Origin: Malacoraja senta
Taxonomy: Eukaryota
Length of the DNA: 64,000 nt
NCBI GenBank assembly: GCA_038087875.1
Contig: CM075978.1
Location: 62,310,001-62,374,000, forward strand
Reading direction: 5' to 3'
Part shown: positions 49,300-63,260 of the stretch, in pieces
How positions within the stretch are numbered: position 1 is the first letter of the stretch
How the letters are laid out: each line of letters starts with the position of its first letter
The notes under the pieces: generated by a model
Database searches by the model: none
Seen by the model: only the letters and a program-made list of their open reading frames with translations
What the model was told of the DNA's origin: nothing
Translations under genes and position numbers: made by a program

Positions 49300-50940
49300 A
49301 ATCAGTCATAGTCAGACATCACAGATACAGACCCTTCAGTCCAACGTCCAATAAGATGCTAGTCCTTTTTGGTCCATATGCTTCTAATCCATGTACATGC
49401 ATGAATGTCTGTTAAATATAATAATTGTATCTGCCTCAGCCACTTCCCCATAGCAACTCATTCCATATACCCACCACCTTCTGTATGAAAAAGTTGCCCC
49501 TCAGTTCTCCTCTCATCTCAAACCTGTGACCTCAAATTCTTAATTCTGATGCCCTGGGAAAAAGGCTTGTTCATTCACCCCATCGTGCTCACGATTTTAT
49601 ATAAGACCTTATATAAGGCATTATAAAAGACCCCACACATCTCCATCACTCTGCTGCCCTCGGGCAAAAGGTATCGTAGTATAAGGAGCAGAACGGCCAG
49701 GTTTTGCAACAGCTTCTTCCCCCGAGCCATCAGACTCTTGAATTCCATGTAATGTGCCGCCACTATTATCTATTTTATCTTTTTATCTATTTTATCCTTT
49801 TGTTATTTTATGTTGCACGGTGAGCCAGATGCAACAAAATTTAGTTCAGACTTGCATTGGTGTATTTTTGAATGACAATAAAGTATTTGATTGATTGATA
49901 TACTTCTATAAGATCACCCCTCCTGCACTCCAAGTAATAAAATTGTAGCCTGCCCACTCTCCCTATAACTCGGGCCATCAAGTCCTGGCAATATTTTTAT
50001 AAATCTTCTCTAACATTTTTCCAACCTAATGACACCTTTCCTGTAGCAAGGTGACCAAAACTGAACATAGCGTCTTAAGTGTGACCTCACCAACGTCTCG
50101 TACAAATATAGCATATCGTCCCAACTTCTATACTCAATTTCCTGTCTGATGAAGGCCAGTGGGTCAGAAGCCTTCTTGACCACCCTATCTACTTGTGACA
50201 CTACATTCATGGAACCATGTACTTGTACTCCTAAATCTCTGGTTTGACTTACCAAAGTACAAAACCTCTTGCTTGGATAGGCAGCGTTTTGGATCGGGTC
50301 CCTTCTTCAGAGTGATTATAGCAGGAGGAGAAAGCTGGAAAGAGATGGGGGTGGGACAAACCTTGGCAAGTGATAGGTGGATACAGGTGAGGATAGTTTT
50401 TTGAATGGACAATGTGTTCCATGCAAGATTCCTGCGTTTGCAGATCCTTGTGTCTCACTAACTTCTCACTTACCTGAATTTATTCCCATTAGCCATTCCT
50501 CGACACACTTGCCCAGCTGATCAAGACCGCACTGTGATTCTCGATAACTATCTTCACTCTCTAATACAACCTATTTTAGTGTCATCTCCAAACTTACTAA
50601 TCATGCCTTTGTGCATTTTCATCTAAATTATTGATCCAAGCCATAAACAGCAATGGGCCTAGCACCGGTCCTGAGACAAACCACTAGGCATAGACTTCCA
50701 GTTTGAAACTTTCCACCACATCGCTCTGCGTGCTACTGTGAAGACAACCTATCCAGTTAATTAGTTCTCCCTGAATCCTATGTAATTTAGTCTTCCAAAG
50801 CAGCCTACCATGCAGAACCTTATCAAAGGCCTTGAATTCCATATAGACAATGTCTATGGCACTGCCCTCATCAATCCTCTTGGTTACTTCTTCAAAAAAA
50901 TCTAATTCCTAAGACATGATCTCCCACACACAAAACTAGC
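49300..50940 (-). mobile_element. CR1 fragment with nested Rex1/Babar tail (49628-49898, +) and PLE-end element (~50275-50452, -)
   Basis: ORF 50010..50255 RDLGVQVH...LYETLVRSHLRRYVQFWSP. Nested pieces are recognisable by gaatgacaataaag(tgat)n and cccttcttcagag. Confidence 0.82.
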
Positions 50941-51459
50941 TGATATTTGGCCCGGCGTGCATGCAGCAAGACCGAGGCATAGGTTGATAATTGGCAAGTT
51001 TCACCTCATATGCTGACAATGTCCAAGAGAGAGGGTCTAACCATCTAACCTTGATATGCAATGGCCTTGCCATTACCAAGTCCCTCACCTGGGCAGCACC
51101 ATTGGCCAGCGACTCAATGGAACAAAATACTGTGGCGACAAAAGCAGATCATGGGCTGGGTATCTAATAGAGTTAACTCTCTTCCTATCACCTCTCAGCC
51201 TTTCCAGCATCTACAAGCCACAAGACAAGAGCGTGATGAAATAATGTCCACTTGACCAGACGAGTGTGGCACTAACAACCTTCAAGTAGCTCAATATCCA
51301 AGTTACAGGAGCTCATGCTAAACATTAATTCCATCCACCATCAGTGACTGCAACGTGTGCCATCTACAAAATGCACTACATTTCCTCATCCTGGGTACTT
51401 GAACAAATTCTCCCAAATCCACAGCCTTTGCAAATAAGTAGAACAAGGTCAGCAGACGC

Positions 51460-51715
51460 GCCAAAGACTTGGGTTAGATCCTGATGACGAGTGCTATCTG
51501 CATTGATTTTGAACATTCTCCCTGTGGCCGCGTGGGTTTTCTCCATGTGCTCCGGTTTCCGGTTTCCTCCCACACTACAAAGGTTTGTAGTATAATTGAC
51601 TTTGGTAAAATTGTCCCTAGTGTGTCGGATAATGTTAGTGTACGGGGTGATCGCTGGTCAGTGTGGACTTGGTGGGCTGAAGGGTCTGTTTCCATGCTGT
51701 ATCTCTAAAGTCTAA
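51460..51715 (+). mobile_element. V-SINE/HE1-like SINE
   Basis: gcgtgggttttctccatgtgctccggtttcc...cccacac...gggctgaagggtctgtttcc. Confidence 0.82.
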
Positions 51716-52784
51716 AAGTCTAAAGTAAACTCCACTTGTCACCGACCTCCAGTCCTTCCACCATAACCCTCTGTCGTCTATCAGTAAGCCAGTTCTGAAT
51801 CCATTTGACCATGTCACTGTTAGTCTCTTGAATCTTAAACTTCTGTATCAGCTTACCATAGGGATCTTTATCAAATGCTTTACTAAAAATCCATGTAGAC
51901 AGTATCTATCATCCAACCCTCATCGATCACCTTCGTCTATAAACTTGATCAAGTTAACAGGATACGACCTGCCACGTACAAAGCCATGCCGACTGCCCCT
52001 AATTAAACAATTTTCTACCAAATAGGAGTAAATCCTATCAGAAAGTATCCTCTCCAACAGCTTCCCTACCATTGGTGTGGGGCTCACAGGTCTATAATTC
52101 CCTGGATCCTCTGTACTTCACTTCTTTAACAAAGGAACTCGCCAGTTCCCGGTGGCCTCGCCTGTGGCTAAAGATGTAAAGATCTTAGTCAAGGCTCCTG
52201 CAATGAAGGCATACCATACTCTATCTTTACCACTCTATCTACTTGGATTGACCTATGGACTTGAATCACAGAAACTCTCTGAAAAAACTATTCTGCACTC
52301 TGTCCAAAACCACAATTTCCTTCCTTTTATAGGGTGACCAGAACTGCACACAATACTCCAAATACAACCTAAACAAAATTTATGAAATCTCTTTTGAATA
52401 CTCTCATTTCTCCAAGTTAAAGGTGCAGCCACAGATACTCGCATGGGCTCTAGCTATGCCTGCCTTTTTCTCAGTTACAGTATATCGAACAGTCCTGTTC
52501 CAGGCATGCACAGGCACCGTCCCCCAACTCTTTCACTGCTACATCCACAACTGCATCAGTGCCTCCCGCACCCGTGCAGAACATGTTGATTTCATTAACT
52601 CTACGACTAACTTTTGTAACTAACCCTGCCCTCAAATTCACCTAGACTATCTCTGACACCACTCTCTTGATTAAACATTCCATTGCATCACTTCAAAGAA
52701 CCACCCATAGTCTAGAAAGCATCTTCCGCTCTCTAATTCTCCTTTATTTGTAAGATGTTATCAATAGTAATGAATGGTATTCAT

Positions 52785-53680
52785 AAGGAGACAGTGGTGG
52801 ACATTAGGAGGAGAGGAACACCACTGTCCCCTGTCTCCATCAATGGTGTGGATGTGCAGTTTACCAGGGAGTACAAAACCTTGGAGTGGACCTGGATAGT
52901 AAACTGGACTGGTCCAGAAACACTGAGGCCGTATACAAGAAGGGACAGAGCCGGCTGTACTTTTTGAGAAGGCTCCACTCCTTCAACGTCTGCAGTGAGA
53001 TGCTGCAGATGTTCTACCAATCGGTGGTGGCCAGTGCCATCTTTGCTGTCATGTGCTGGGGCAGCAGGGCGAAGGCCGCGGATGCCAACAGGATTAACAA
53101 ACTCATCAGGAAGGCTGGCTCCGTCCTGGGGGCGGAGTTGGATTAATGGGAGGTGGCCTTGGAGGGGAGGATGCTCCTCAAACTGCGGAGCATCTTGGAC
53201 AATACAGCTCACCCCCTCCATGACACACTGGTCAACCTGAGGAGCATCTTCAGCAACAGATTGGTTCCACCAAGATGCAGCACAGAACGCCACAGGAGAT
53301 CCTTTGTCCCTGTGGCTATTAAACTGTACAATTCCTCCTCCTCCTTCTGTCGTGGGGTAGACTGACTCCCCTCCCCCTCCTCCCCAATCTTTGCACATCC
53401 CCAATCCTTTCCACACGTCACTTTAATTGCATGTTTTATGTATGTAAACATAGAACGTAGGTGCAGGAGTAGGTCATTCGGCCCTTCGAGCCAGCACCGC
53501 CATTCAATATGATCATGGCTGATCAACCAGAATCAGTACCCTGTTCCTGCTTTCCCCCATATCCCTTGATTCTGTTAGCCCTAAGAGCTACATCTCACTC
53601 TCTCTTGAATACAGCGTGTGTTTTATGACTGTTGGCAGACCAATTTCCCTCCTGGGATAAATAAAGTTATTTCGTATCTT
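52785..53680 (+). mobile_element. Rex1/Babar-type LINE 3' fragment with a CR1-tail insert (~53447-53610, -)
   Basis: LDSKLDWSRNTEAVYKKGQSRLYFLRRL...FYQSVVAS, HPLH...RCSTERHRRSFVPVAIKLYN, and gggataaataaag tail. Confidence 0.88.
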
Positions 53681-53939
53681 ATGAAATGGCATAATTTTGC
53701 TAAACAGTTATTTTATGATCACTTTAATGTCATCTCTAAATTTGTTGAGGCCTGATGGCTTTATTAAGAATTGTTTTAGGCATGTTTTGATAGTATAGGT
53801 GTTGTTATCCCTGCTGGCTGTTTACTATCTTACTTTTAATATTAAGTTATACATGCTTTTGCAATCACCTAAATCTTTAGTTTTACTTCTGAACTTTTTT
53901 GACGGTAATAAAACTGCATTCCAAAGTGCCAATATCATG

Positions 53940-54197
53940 TGTGCAATGTGGAAACAGGCCCTTCGGCCTACCGAATCCATGCCGACCAGTGATCACCCAT
54001 GCACTAGTTCTATCCTACACACCAGGGACAATATACAGAAGCCATTTGACCTACGAACCGGTACGGAGATCAGACCAGAGAAAACCCATGCCAGTCACAG
54101 AGAGAACGTACAAACTTCGTACAGACAGCACCCATAGTCAGGATCAAACCCCAGTTTCTGGCGCTACATGGCAGCAACTGTACTGCTGTACCACTGT
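53940..54197 (-). mobile_element. V-SINE/HE1-like SINE
   Basis: ggaaacaggcccttcggcc...gagaacgtacaaact...agtcaggatcaaaccc. Confidence 0.82.
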
Positions 54198-54545
54198 GTG
54201 TCTTAAGAACTAAAATCCAAGCAAATGTTGCGGACCACTTGATAATTTTCTGTCACTGAGAGTACTCTACTCCATTACATTACAAGGCAGGAACGGGGTA
54301 CTGATTGGGGATGATCAGCCATGATCACATTGAATGGTTCAAAGGGCTGAATGGCCTACTCGTGCACCTATTGTTTATTGTCTATTGTCTACATTGGAAG
54401 AATAGCCACACAGGTTACTCAAAGTATTCCAAATTAATGTGATGAGCAGGTGTTGTGATCACATGATTTGTGACTGGTCGAATTCTATGTTTGTGAAAAA
54501 CAGTTTACTAATTAATGTTATCCTTCTTGTTCCTTTATTTTTCAG

Positions 54546-54560
54546 GTTGAAGAAAAATGA
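54546..54560 (+). CDS. Host gene terminal coding exon start (VEEK*)
   Basis: Strong tract tccttcttgttcctttatttttcag then gtt gaa gaa aaa tga in phase 0, matching exon 46127-46224. Confidence 0.6.
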   Translation, partial: VEEK

Positions 54561-57100
54561 AATAAATCCCATACTGAAGGAGTCATATATTCAAGAAGTC
54601 AACATACTCAGTTTCCAGGGTCCACTTTTCACCTCAATACGTTATTGATAGCAGTGTATAAACCACGGGTTTCAGTTTTTTACCACTATCATGCATCACT
54701 AGAGCCTTCTGCCAGTGAAAATGCAAACATTAGGAAGCAAAATGTCTGCATTAATTTAATTTGCTTTTATATCATTTATTTATTACTCTACAATTTTATT
54801 TCTTGCAACTATTGCATACTTAGGCGTTTAAGTTCTATTGACTCATTAATTTTATTTGGATTTTGTGAGAATGCGCTACATTTGTTTACGATTGCTGCAG
54901 AAAAGATAATACTTGACAAAATGTTACACTAACAATGGTCTTTGTGAATATAATTAACTTTCCGACATTGAATTTAACGGAAATATCGTTAAATCTCTGG
55001 CCTCTTCTGGTTTCAACTAAATGCTGTGGGATAACATTAATGTGAACGGTGATTCACAAAGTCTGTCTCATCAACCAAATTGACTTGAAATACTTCTGAT
55101 TAGTATTTAGAAAGTAATGCAGAAAATTGCATTTAATCTAAGTCGATTTGACAAACATTTAAGAAAAACATAATGTATAAATGTTTTGCAATCGAAGGAG
55201 TTTAAACAGAATCTAAAAGGGTTACAAAATGCTTGTGATTATCTGAGTCTGACAATTTTTGACACTGTTTTACTCAGGCAGGTGTACTTTGAAAAAGTTC
55301 CAGAAGAGAAATGCCTTCAGGAGCTGTGACAAGTATTGTCCTGGAAAGTATAAACGGATTGCTGTGGTGATTACTCTGTACTATCTTAATTATACCGAAT
55401 CCTCTATTTATGTGACTTTGAATGTTATTTTTGCTTGGCTCTTAATAGGGTTAACAAACACTTTTGGTTTCCATCCTCCTTCCCAGTTTATTTAGGAATA
55501 AAACAATTACAGTAGAAGCAACAATGTTGATATTCAAATGTTACATTGTAATACTTCAATAAGTTTAATATATCCTGTTGTTTCTTATGACCAACAGTTT
55601 TTCAATTAGGTGGCAGGTGGCAGGATGAAGTTAGGTCCATATTTAGAATACAATTTTTAAAAATTATATCTAATCACTGCAACTTTTGGTACAAAGTGCA
55701 ACTTCATATTCTGAAGTCAGGAGTAGGGGTTAAATATCTTAGTATGAGAACCTGGAATGTCTCACCAGCCTGATGAAAACACTGCCTCTGGTCAGAGAAG
55801 TTGAAAGCTGAAAACTGGCACAGATATTAAGAGGGTAGCTTATACCTCATGCATGAGCTATTCCTGATTTGTAATTGTGAGGGAACCACGCTGAGGTCAG
55901 GGCATGATGCCGCAAACCAGACGGATTTTAGACTTTAGACATGCAAGATAAGGTTATTAATGTAGCATTCTCACCATTTTGTCCTCTCGAGGAGCAAAAT
56001 GTACAGTGTTTTTATAATGGATTTTGTGTGATGGACTGCGCTTGGTGAAGGGACTTAGGACTGCAATCATGCAGGCTTCCCAGCTTTCATCCACGATTAC
56101 TATTCTTCACAAGCATAGCGACCAAGCTTACTGTGTGATCCCATTCGACACTGCAAGTTGGATTGAAAGAGGGGCCACTAATGCAACATGGAGGAGGTAG
56201 GAAGATGATGTTTCTAAATTCAATAAGGGCTAGGAAGTTAGTTTGATGCAGTGTTAATATGTTTCTTAGTTCACTCATTTTGATCGTATCAATTATTTGA
56301 AATTTCCAATTGAAAAAATAAAGTTGATATTTTGTTACTCTTGGATCAGCAACAATTAGGATAAAGTGAATCCAGAGAAACTGGTTACTAATGTATATGC
56401 CTAAAGCATAGTTTGCTGTTGATATATTTAAACAATTAATATCTGTCAGAATTAGTTTATTTTGAAATTCATTTCAAATTCCATGAAGTTACAAAAACTC
56501 AATCGTTTTCTGTTTAAAGCTGCCTGTGGTAGTTTTTCTTTCAAATGTTAAAATGCTTCACAGTTCTTTATATTTCAATAAAACTATTTATAAAATGTTG
56601 AAACAAGGCAATAGCTGTGCATTATATTGAAAATTGTGTTGCAGTATGATGGATCACAGATTTATGGTCACACTACCTCACATGCAGCATGGTGAATCGA
56701 ACTCATACATACAAAGAAAGCAACATATTCTTGGAGAAAGGAAAAAATACCAAGCACACCCACTCCATTGTCGAGGTACATTGCAGAGGCCTGGGTACCA
56801 GTTACTTTTTACCTATTGATGAAAATTGATACATTGTTTAAAGGCAATTTTGAAAAAAAGATTTATTGATGTAAACTAAAGATCAGTTGAATGATTACTT
56901 TTTAGTTGCCATTGATGCAGCTTTCACTAGCTTTCAGCTCTGATTGTTACATTAAGAATTTATGTAGCAGTTGAATGCTAGGAAAGAAATATGCTATGTG
57001 CATTCTACTTAATGTTGCATTTCAATAGATTATGCATATTGTGAAGTGTGTGTATCTTTTATTAGGAATGTTTAATAAATATAACCCTGTGAAATGCTTA
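54561..57100 (+). other. Putative 3' UTR of host gene
   Basis: About 2.5 kb, AT-rich, no recognisable TE. AATAAA near 55497, 56317, 56577 and 57074; the last is followed by GT/T-rich sequence. Confidence 0.45.
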
Positions 57101-58692
57101 ATAATGTGAATTGTTTTTCTATCAATGTTTACTATGGCCGTGGGCTTCTCTGGGTGGCTAATTCCACAGTAAACAACATAATAAACAGGATTTTATGCTG
57201 ATGAATTAATCCATGAATTAGTTCACTTTTCAGGCAAAGCACCAAAATATCTAATGCTGATCCAAGCTCAAAATATTTCTGTATTCCTAATAAGGGATTA
57301 ATAACAGCAGCATCAATTTTTGATACATGGTTGAAATTCTGAGCAAAGGAGTTCACGTACAAATACTGTAATTGACACTTTAATACAAATTTGGTTAATG
57401 TTTCTGTGAAAGCACCATGTGATACAGTAAAGTACAAGGCTTCCAGTTTGCAATTTAACTTGTCTGAGCTGGCAGCACAGGCGGGAGTAACCAATGCACT
57501 GATGTTGGGGAGACTTGTTCCACATGCTCCATTACGTGATGTAGCACTATGATCTTCATATATGGGACAGGCTGAGAACAGATCTGCCAACTCAGAACAG
57601 GGCGCCGTCGACCATCAGCATCAGAAATGTTCCCCATCACAAGCTGTAACCTGATGAGCCTGAACGGCACTCACTCCACCATTGCACAAAGTCACGGCAT
57701 CAAGCCTGGTTTAATGAGAAGTGCAGAAAGCGCTCCTGAGAACAGCCTGAGCTATCAACCTGGTGAGAATATAGTACAGGATACACGCACACAAAGCACA
57801 GTCACGGCTGAGTGATCTCACACCCAGCTCTGCAGTCTGGCCCCATCCACTGCTGGTGGAAGTTTAAACAGCTTTCCCGATGGAGCTCCAGGAACATCAC
57901 CATCCTCATGGAAAGTGAGGCCTGGCACATGGGTGCTAACAATATGTTGGAAGCACTCACAATAATTTTTAAAAAAGAAACTGCAAATACTGGAGATCTG
58001 AAATAAAAACAGAGTACTGGAAATACTACACACCTTAGGCAGAATCTGTGAGAAAGCAATTGAGCAAATTATTCAAATTAATGATCTTCCATCAGACCTC
58101 GGAAAAGTTAGAGATGAATGTGTTTTAACTTTCAGAAAGAGAAGAAAGTAAATGGCTGTGGTAGAGTGAATGACACTGGCGGTGAAAATGCAGACTGAGT
58201 GAGGGAGCTGAATATTTCTAATTTGTTCAGAGGAGAATTAAATAAAAAACGAATGAGTACCTGTACAGAGGAGGGAAGAAATAAATTTACTCAAAGCACA
58301 AGATGAAAAACAGTAGGTTGTAGAAATCTTTCATTTCAGAGTTGCTGGAAATACATGGCAGGCTAGGCAGCATCTGTGGAGAGGGAAAATGGATTTCCTC
58401 ATGAAAGTTTCAGAATTAAGTTTCAGCAGATCTGTCTGGTCCGATACAAGCTAGAAAGGCTGGTTATCTGAAATTGTTGAATTCAATGTTGAGTCCTGAG
58501 GGCTATAGCATGCCTTGAGGTTACGTTGGGCTTGATGGAACAATGTAAGACCAAAGATATAACCATCAAGGGGTGGGGATGAGATGACATTTAAGGGCAC
58601 ACATTACATTCAATGAAACTGTTCTGCAAACTGGTCGGTCAATGCATTTGGTTCTTCCATAATAGAGGGGACCATAAAAAGAGCATTGAATT

Positions 58693-60968
58693 GAATAGCA
58701 AGGGGATTTGAGTATAGGAGTAAGGAGGTCCTACTGCAGTTGTATGGGGCCCTGGTGAGACCGCACCTGGAGTTTTGTGTGCAGTTTTCTGAATTTCTTC
58801 TGAATTTCCCTGAGGGGATCGATAAAGTATTTATTATTATCATTATTATTAGTTTTGGTCTCCTTATTTGAGGAAGGGCATTCTTGCTATTGAGGGTGTG
58901 CAGCATAGGTTCACCAGGTTAATTCATGGGATGGCCGGGTTGACATACAGTGCATTCAGAAAGTATTCAGACCCCTTCACTTTTTCCACATTTTGTTACG
59001 TTACAGCCATATTCTAAAATGGATTAAATTCATTTTTTTCATCATCAATCTACACACAATACCCCATAATAAAAAAGCGAAAACAGGTTAGAAATTTTTG
59101 CAAAGTAATTAAAAAGAAATAACTGAAATATCACATTTACATAAGTATTCAGACCCTTTACCTAGTACTTTGTTGAGGCACCTTTGGCAGCGATTACAGC
59201 CTCAGGTCTTCTTGGGTATGACGCTACAAGCTTGGCACACCTGTATTTGGGTAATTTCTCCCATTCTTCTCTGCAGATCCTCTCAAGCTCTGTCAGGTTG
59301 GATGGAGAGCGTCGATGCACAGCTATTTTCAGGTCCCTCCAGAGATGTTCGATCAGGTCTGGGTCACTCAAGGACATTCACAGACTTGCCACGAAGCCAC
59401 TCCTGCGTTATCTTGGCTGTGTGCTTAGGTTTGTTGTCCTGTTGGAAGGTGAACTTTTGCCCCAGTCTGAGGTCCAGAACGCTCTGGAGCAGGTTTTCAT
59501 CAAGGATCTCTCTGTACTTTGCTCCGTTCATCTTTCTCTCAATCCTGACTAGTCTCCCAGTTACTGCCGCTGAAAAACATCCCCACAGCACGATGCTGCC
59601 ACCACCATGCTTCACTGTAGGTATGGTATTGGCCAGGTGATGAGCGGTGCCTGGTTTCCTCCAGACGTGACGCTTGGCATTTAGGCCAAAGAGTTCAATC
59701 TTGGTTTCATCAGACCAGAGCACCAGAGAAAACAACCCTTTTGGGAAACTCCAAGCGGGCTGCCATGTGCCTTTTACTGAGGAGTGGCTTCCGTCCGGCC
59801 ACTCTACCATAAAGGCCTGATTGGTGGAGTGCCGCAGATATAGTTGTCCTTCTGGAAGATTCTCCCATCTCCACAGAGGAACTCTGGAGCTCTGTCAGAG
59901 TGACCATCGGATTCTTGGTCATCTCCCTGACCAAGGCCCTTTTCCCCCGATTGCTGAGTTAGGCGGCCAGCTCTATGAAGAGACGTGGTGGTTCCAAAGT
60001 ACTTGCATTTAAGAATGACGGATGCCACTGTGCTCTTCGGGACCTACAATGCTGCAGAAATTGTTTTATACTTTTCCCCAGAACTGTGTCTCGACACAAT
60101 CCTGTCTCGGAGGTCTACGGTCAATTCCTTCGTCTTCATGGCTTAGTTTTTGCTCAGACATGGATTGTCCACTGTGGGACCTTATATAGACAGGTGTGTG
60201 CCTTTCCAAATCATGTCTAATCAATTTAATTTACCACTAGTGGACTCCAATCAAGTTGTAGATCTCAAGGATAATCAATGGCAACCGGATGAACCTAAGC
60301 TCAATTTTGAGTGTCATAGCAAAGGGTCTGAATACTTATGTAAATGTGATATTTCAGTTATTTATTTTTAATTACTTTGCAAAAAATTCTAAACACCTGT
60401 TTTCGCTTCTTCATTCTGGGGTATTGTGTGTAGATTGATGATAAAAAAAATGAATTTAATCCATTTTAAAATAAGGCTGTAACGTAACAAAATGTGGGAA
60501 AAGTGAAGGGGTCTGAATACTTTCTGAATGCACTGTATGATGAAAGAAAGGAGCGACTGGGCTTATATTCACTGGAATTTAGAAGGATGAGAGGGGATCT
60601 TATAGAAACATCTAAAATTCTTAATGGATTGCATAGGCTAGATGCAGGAAAAATGTTCCCGATGTTGGGGGAGACCAGAACCAGGGGTCACAGTGTAAAA
60701 ATAAGGGGTAGTCCAATTAGGACTGAGATGAGGAAAAACGTTTTCACCCAGAGAGTTGTGAATCTGTGGAATTCTCTGCCACAGAAGGCAGTGGAGGCCA
60801 AAAAACCACGATGTTTTCTAGAGAGAGTTAGATATAGCTCTTAGGGCAAACGGAATCAAGGGATATGGGGAGAAAGCAGGAACGGGGTACTGATTTTGGA
60901 TGATCAGCCATGATCGTATTGAATGGCGGTGCTGGCTCGAATGGCCTACTGCACCCATTTTCTATGTT
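58693..60968 (+). mobile_element. CR1 3' fragment split by Tc1
   Basis: ...gggatggccgggttgacata | tgatgaaagaaaggagcgactggg... is continuous across the Tc1. ORF 60494..60844 gives RLGLYSLEFRRMRGDLIE. Confidence 0.9.
58948..60535 (-). mobile_element. Tc1-family transposon, IR/DR type, transposase degenerate (59162-60139)
   Basis: TIRs cagtgcattcagaaagtattcagacccc, TA TSD, and [27 protein letters not shown] peptides. Confidence 0.96.
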
Positions 60969-61344
60969 TCTACACTAAATTGGAAGTACAGGTGAATTGC
61001 TGCTTCATCTGGGAGAACTGTTTGAAAACTAGATAGTGGGAAAGGAACAGGTAAAAGGACCGGTGTTGCATCCTCTGCAAATGCAAGGCAATGCATGAAT
61101 GACCAGGGGGTGGATGTTGGAGGAAATAGAACAATGGAGGCACAGAGGGAATGATCCTTTTGAAATGCGAGAAAGGTAAGATTCATTTAAAATATACTGC
61201 ATCTTGTCCATGACAATTAAAGGGAGAAACCACAAGAGCCAGGAAGTCTGTAATGAACCTTCGTACAACATACTGTAGTTTGTCCAAAGTGGAGGATTGT
61301 GTTGCGATCTATACGCTATGCTTTGGGAGAGGGTGCAGAAGGGG

Positions 61345-63260
61345 GCGGCACAGTAGTGCAGCTTGTTTCATGGTGCCAGAGACCAGAGTTTGATCCTGAA
61401 CTCGAGTGCTGCCTGTGTGGAGTTTGCACATTCCTTCTGTGACTGCATGGGTTTACACCCCCATCCCAAAGATGTATAGATTTGCAGATAATTGGGCTCT
61501 GTAAACTGCCCCTAGTGTGCAGGGAATGGATGGAAAAGTGAGATAACTACAGTGTACTCCATAATGTTTGGGACAAAGACCCATCATTTATTTATTTGCC
61601 TCTGTACTCCACAATTTGAGATTTGTAATAGAACAAATCATATGTGGTTAAAGTGCACATTGTCAGATTTTATTAAAGGGTATTTTTATACATATTAGTT
61701 TCACCATGTAGAAATTACAGCTGTGTTTATACAGAGTTCCCTCATTTCAGGGCACCATAATGTTTGGGACATGGCTTCACAGGTGTTTGTAATTGCTCTG
61801 GTGTGTTTAATTGCCTCCTTAATGCAGGTATGAGACAGCTCTCAGCACCTAGTCTTTCCTCCAGTCTTTCCATCACCTTTGGAAACATTTATTGTTGTTT
61901 ATCAACATGAGGACCAAAGTTGTGCCAATGAAAGTCAAAGCCATTATGAGACTGAGAAACAAGAATAAAGCTTTTAGAGACATCAGCCAAACCTTAGGCT
62001 GACCAAAATCAACTGTTTGGAACATCATTAAGAAGAAAGGGAGCACTGGTGAGCTTACTAATCGCAAAGGGACTGGCAGGCCAAGGAAGATCACCACTGC
62101 TGATGACAGAAGAATTCTCTCTATAATAAAGAAAAATCCCCAAACACCTGTCCGACAGATCAGAAACACTCTTCAGGTGTCAATTTGTCAATGACTACTG
62201 TCCGCAGAAGACTTCATGAACAGAAATAGAGGCTACACTGCAAGATGCAAAACACTGGTTAGCTGTGAAAATAGGATGGCCAGGTAACAATTTGCCAAGG
62301 AGTACTTAAAAGAGCAACCACAGTTCTGGAAAAAAGTCTTGTGGACAGGTGAGATGAAGATTAACTGATATCAGAGTGATAGCAAGAGCAAAGTATGGAG
62401 GAGAGAAGGAACTGCCCAAGATCCAAAGCATACCACCTCATCTGTGAAACACAGTAGTGGGGGTGTTATGGCCTGGGCATGTATGACTGCTGAAGGTACT
62501 GGCTCACTTATCTTCATTGATGATACAACTGCTGATGGTAGTAGCATAATGAATTCTGAAGTGTATAGACACATCCTATCTGCTCAAGTTCAAACAAATG
62601 CCTCAAAACTCATTGGCTGGTGGTTCATTCTACAGCAAGACAATGATCCCAAACATACTGCTAAAGCAACAAAGGAGTTTTTCCAAAGCTAAAAAATTGT
62701 CAATTCTTGAGTGGCCAAGTCAATCACCCTACCTGATCCCAATTGAGCATGCCTTTTATATGCTGAAGAGAAAACTGAAGGAGACTAGGCCCCAAAACAA
62801 GCATCAGCTAAAGATGGGTGCAATACAGGCCTGGCAGAGCATCACCAGAGAAGACACCCAGCAACTGGTGATGTCCATGAATCGCAGACTTCAAGCAGTC
62901 ATTGCATGCAAAGGATATGCAACAAAATACTAAACATGACTACTTTCATTTACATGACATTGCTGTGTCCCAAACATTATGATGCCCTGAAATGGGGGGA
63001 CTATGTATAAACACTGCTGTAATTTCCACATGGTGAAACCAAAATGTATAAAAATGGCCTTTATTAAAATCTGACAATGTGCACTTTAATCACATGTGAT
63101 TTTTTCTATTACAAATCTCAAATTTTGGAGTACAGAGGAAAATAAATAAATGATGGGTCTTTGTCCCAAACATTATGGAGGGCACTGTATGAGAGATCAA
63201 TGGTCAACATGGTCAATGGTCAAGAAGCCAAAGGGCCTGTTTCATTGCTGTGTCTCTAAA
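61345..63260 (+). mobile_element. V-SINE/HE1-like SINE split by Tc1
   Basis: Head ggcacagtagtgcagc at 61347; tail aagggcctgtttc resumes after 63189. Confidence 0.7.
61550..63187 (+). mobile_element. Tc1-family transposon (third family), transposase degenerate (61907-62933)
   Basis: ~240-bp TIRs cagtgtactccataatgtttgggacaaagacccatc, TA TSD, and MRTKVVPMKVK..., [22 protein letters not shown] peptides. Confidence 0.96.

Noticed and set aside
55278-55495. Alternative terminal exon (ttactcag / gcag acceptors; QVYFEKVPEEKCLQEL* or ORF 55259..55495)
   Set aside because: Weaker pyrimidine tract than 54546 and lies in the putative 3' UTR. It cannot be excluded without transcript data.
57132-57590. 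152-aa minus-strand ORF
   Set aside because: No recognisable domain, a non-ATG start, and no convincing splice sites. Probably a chance ORF.
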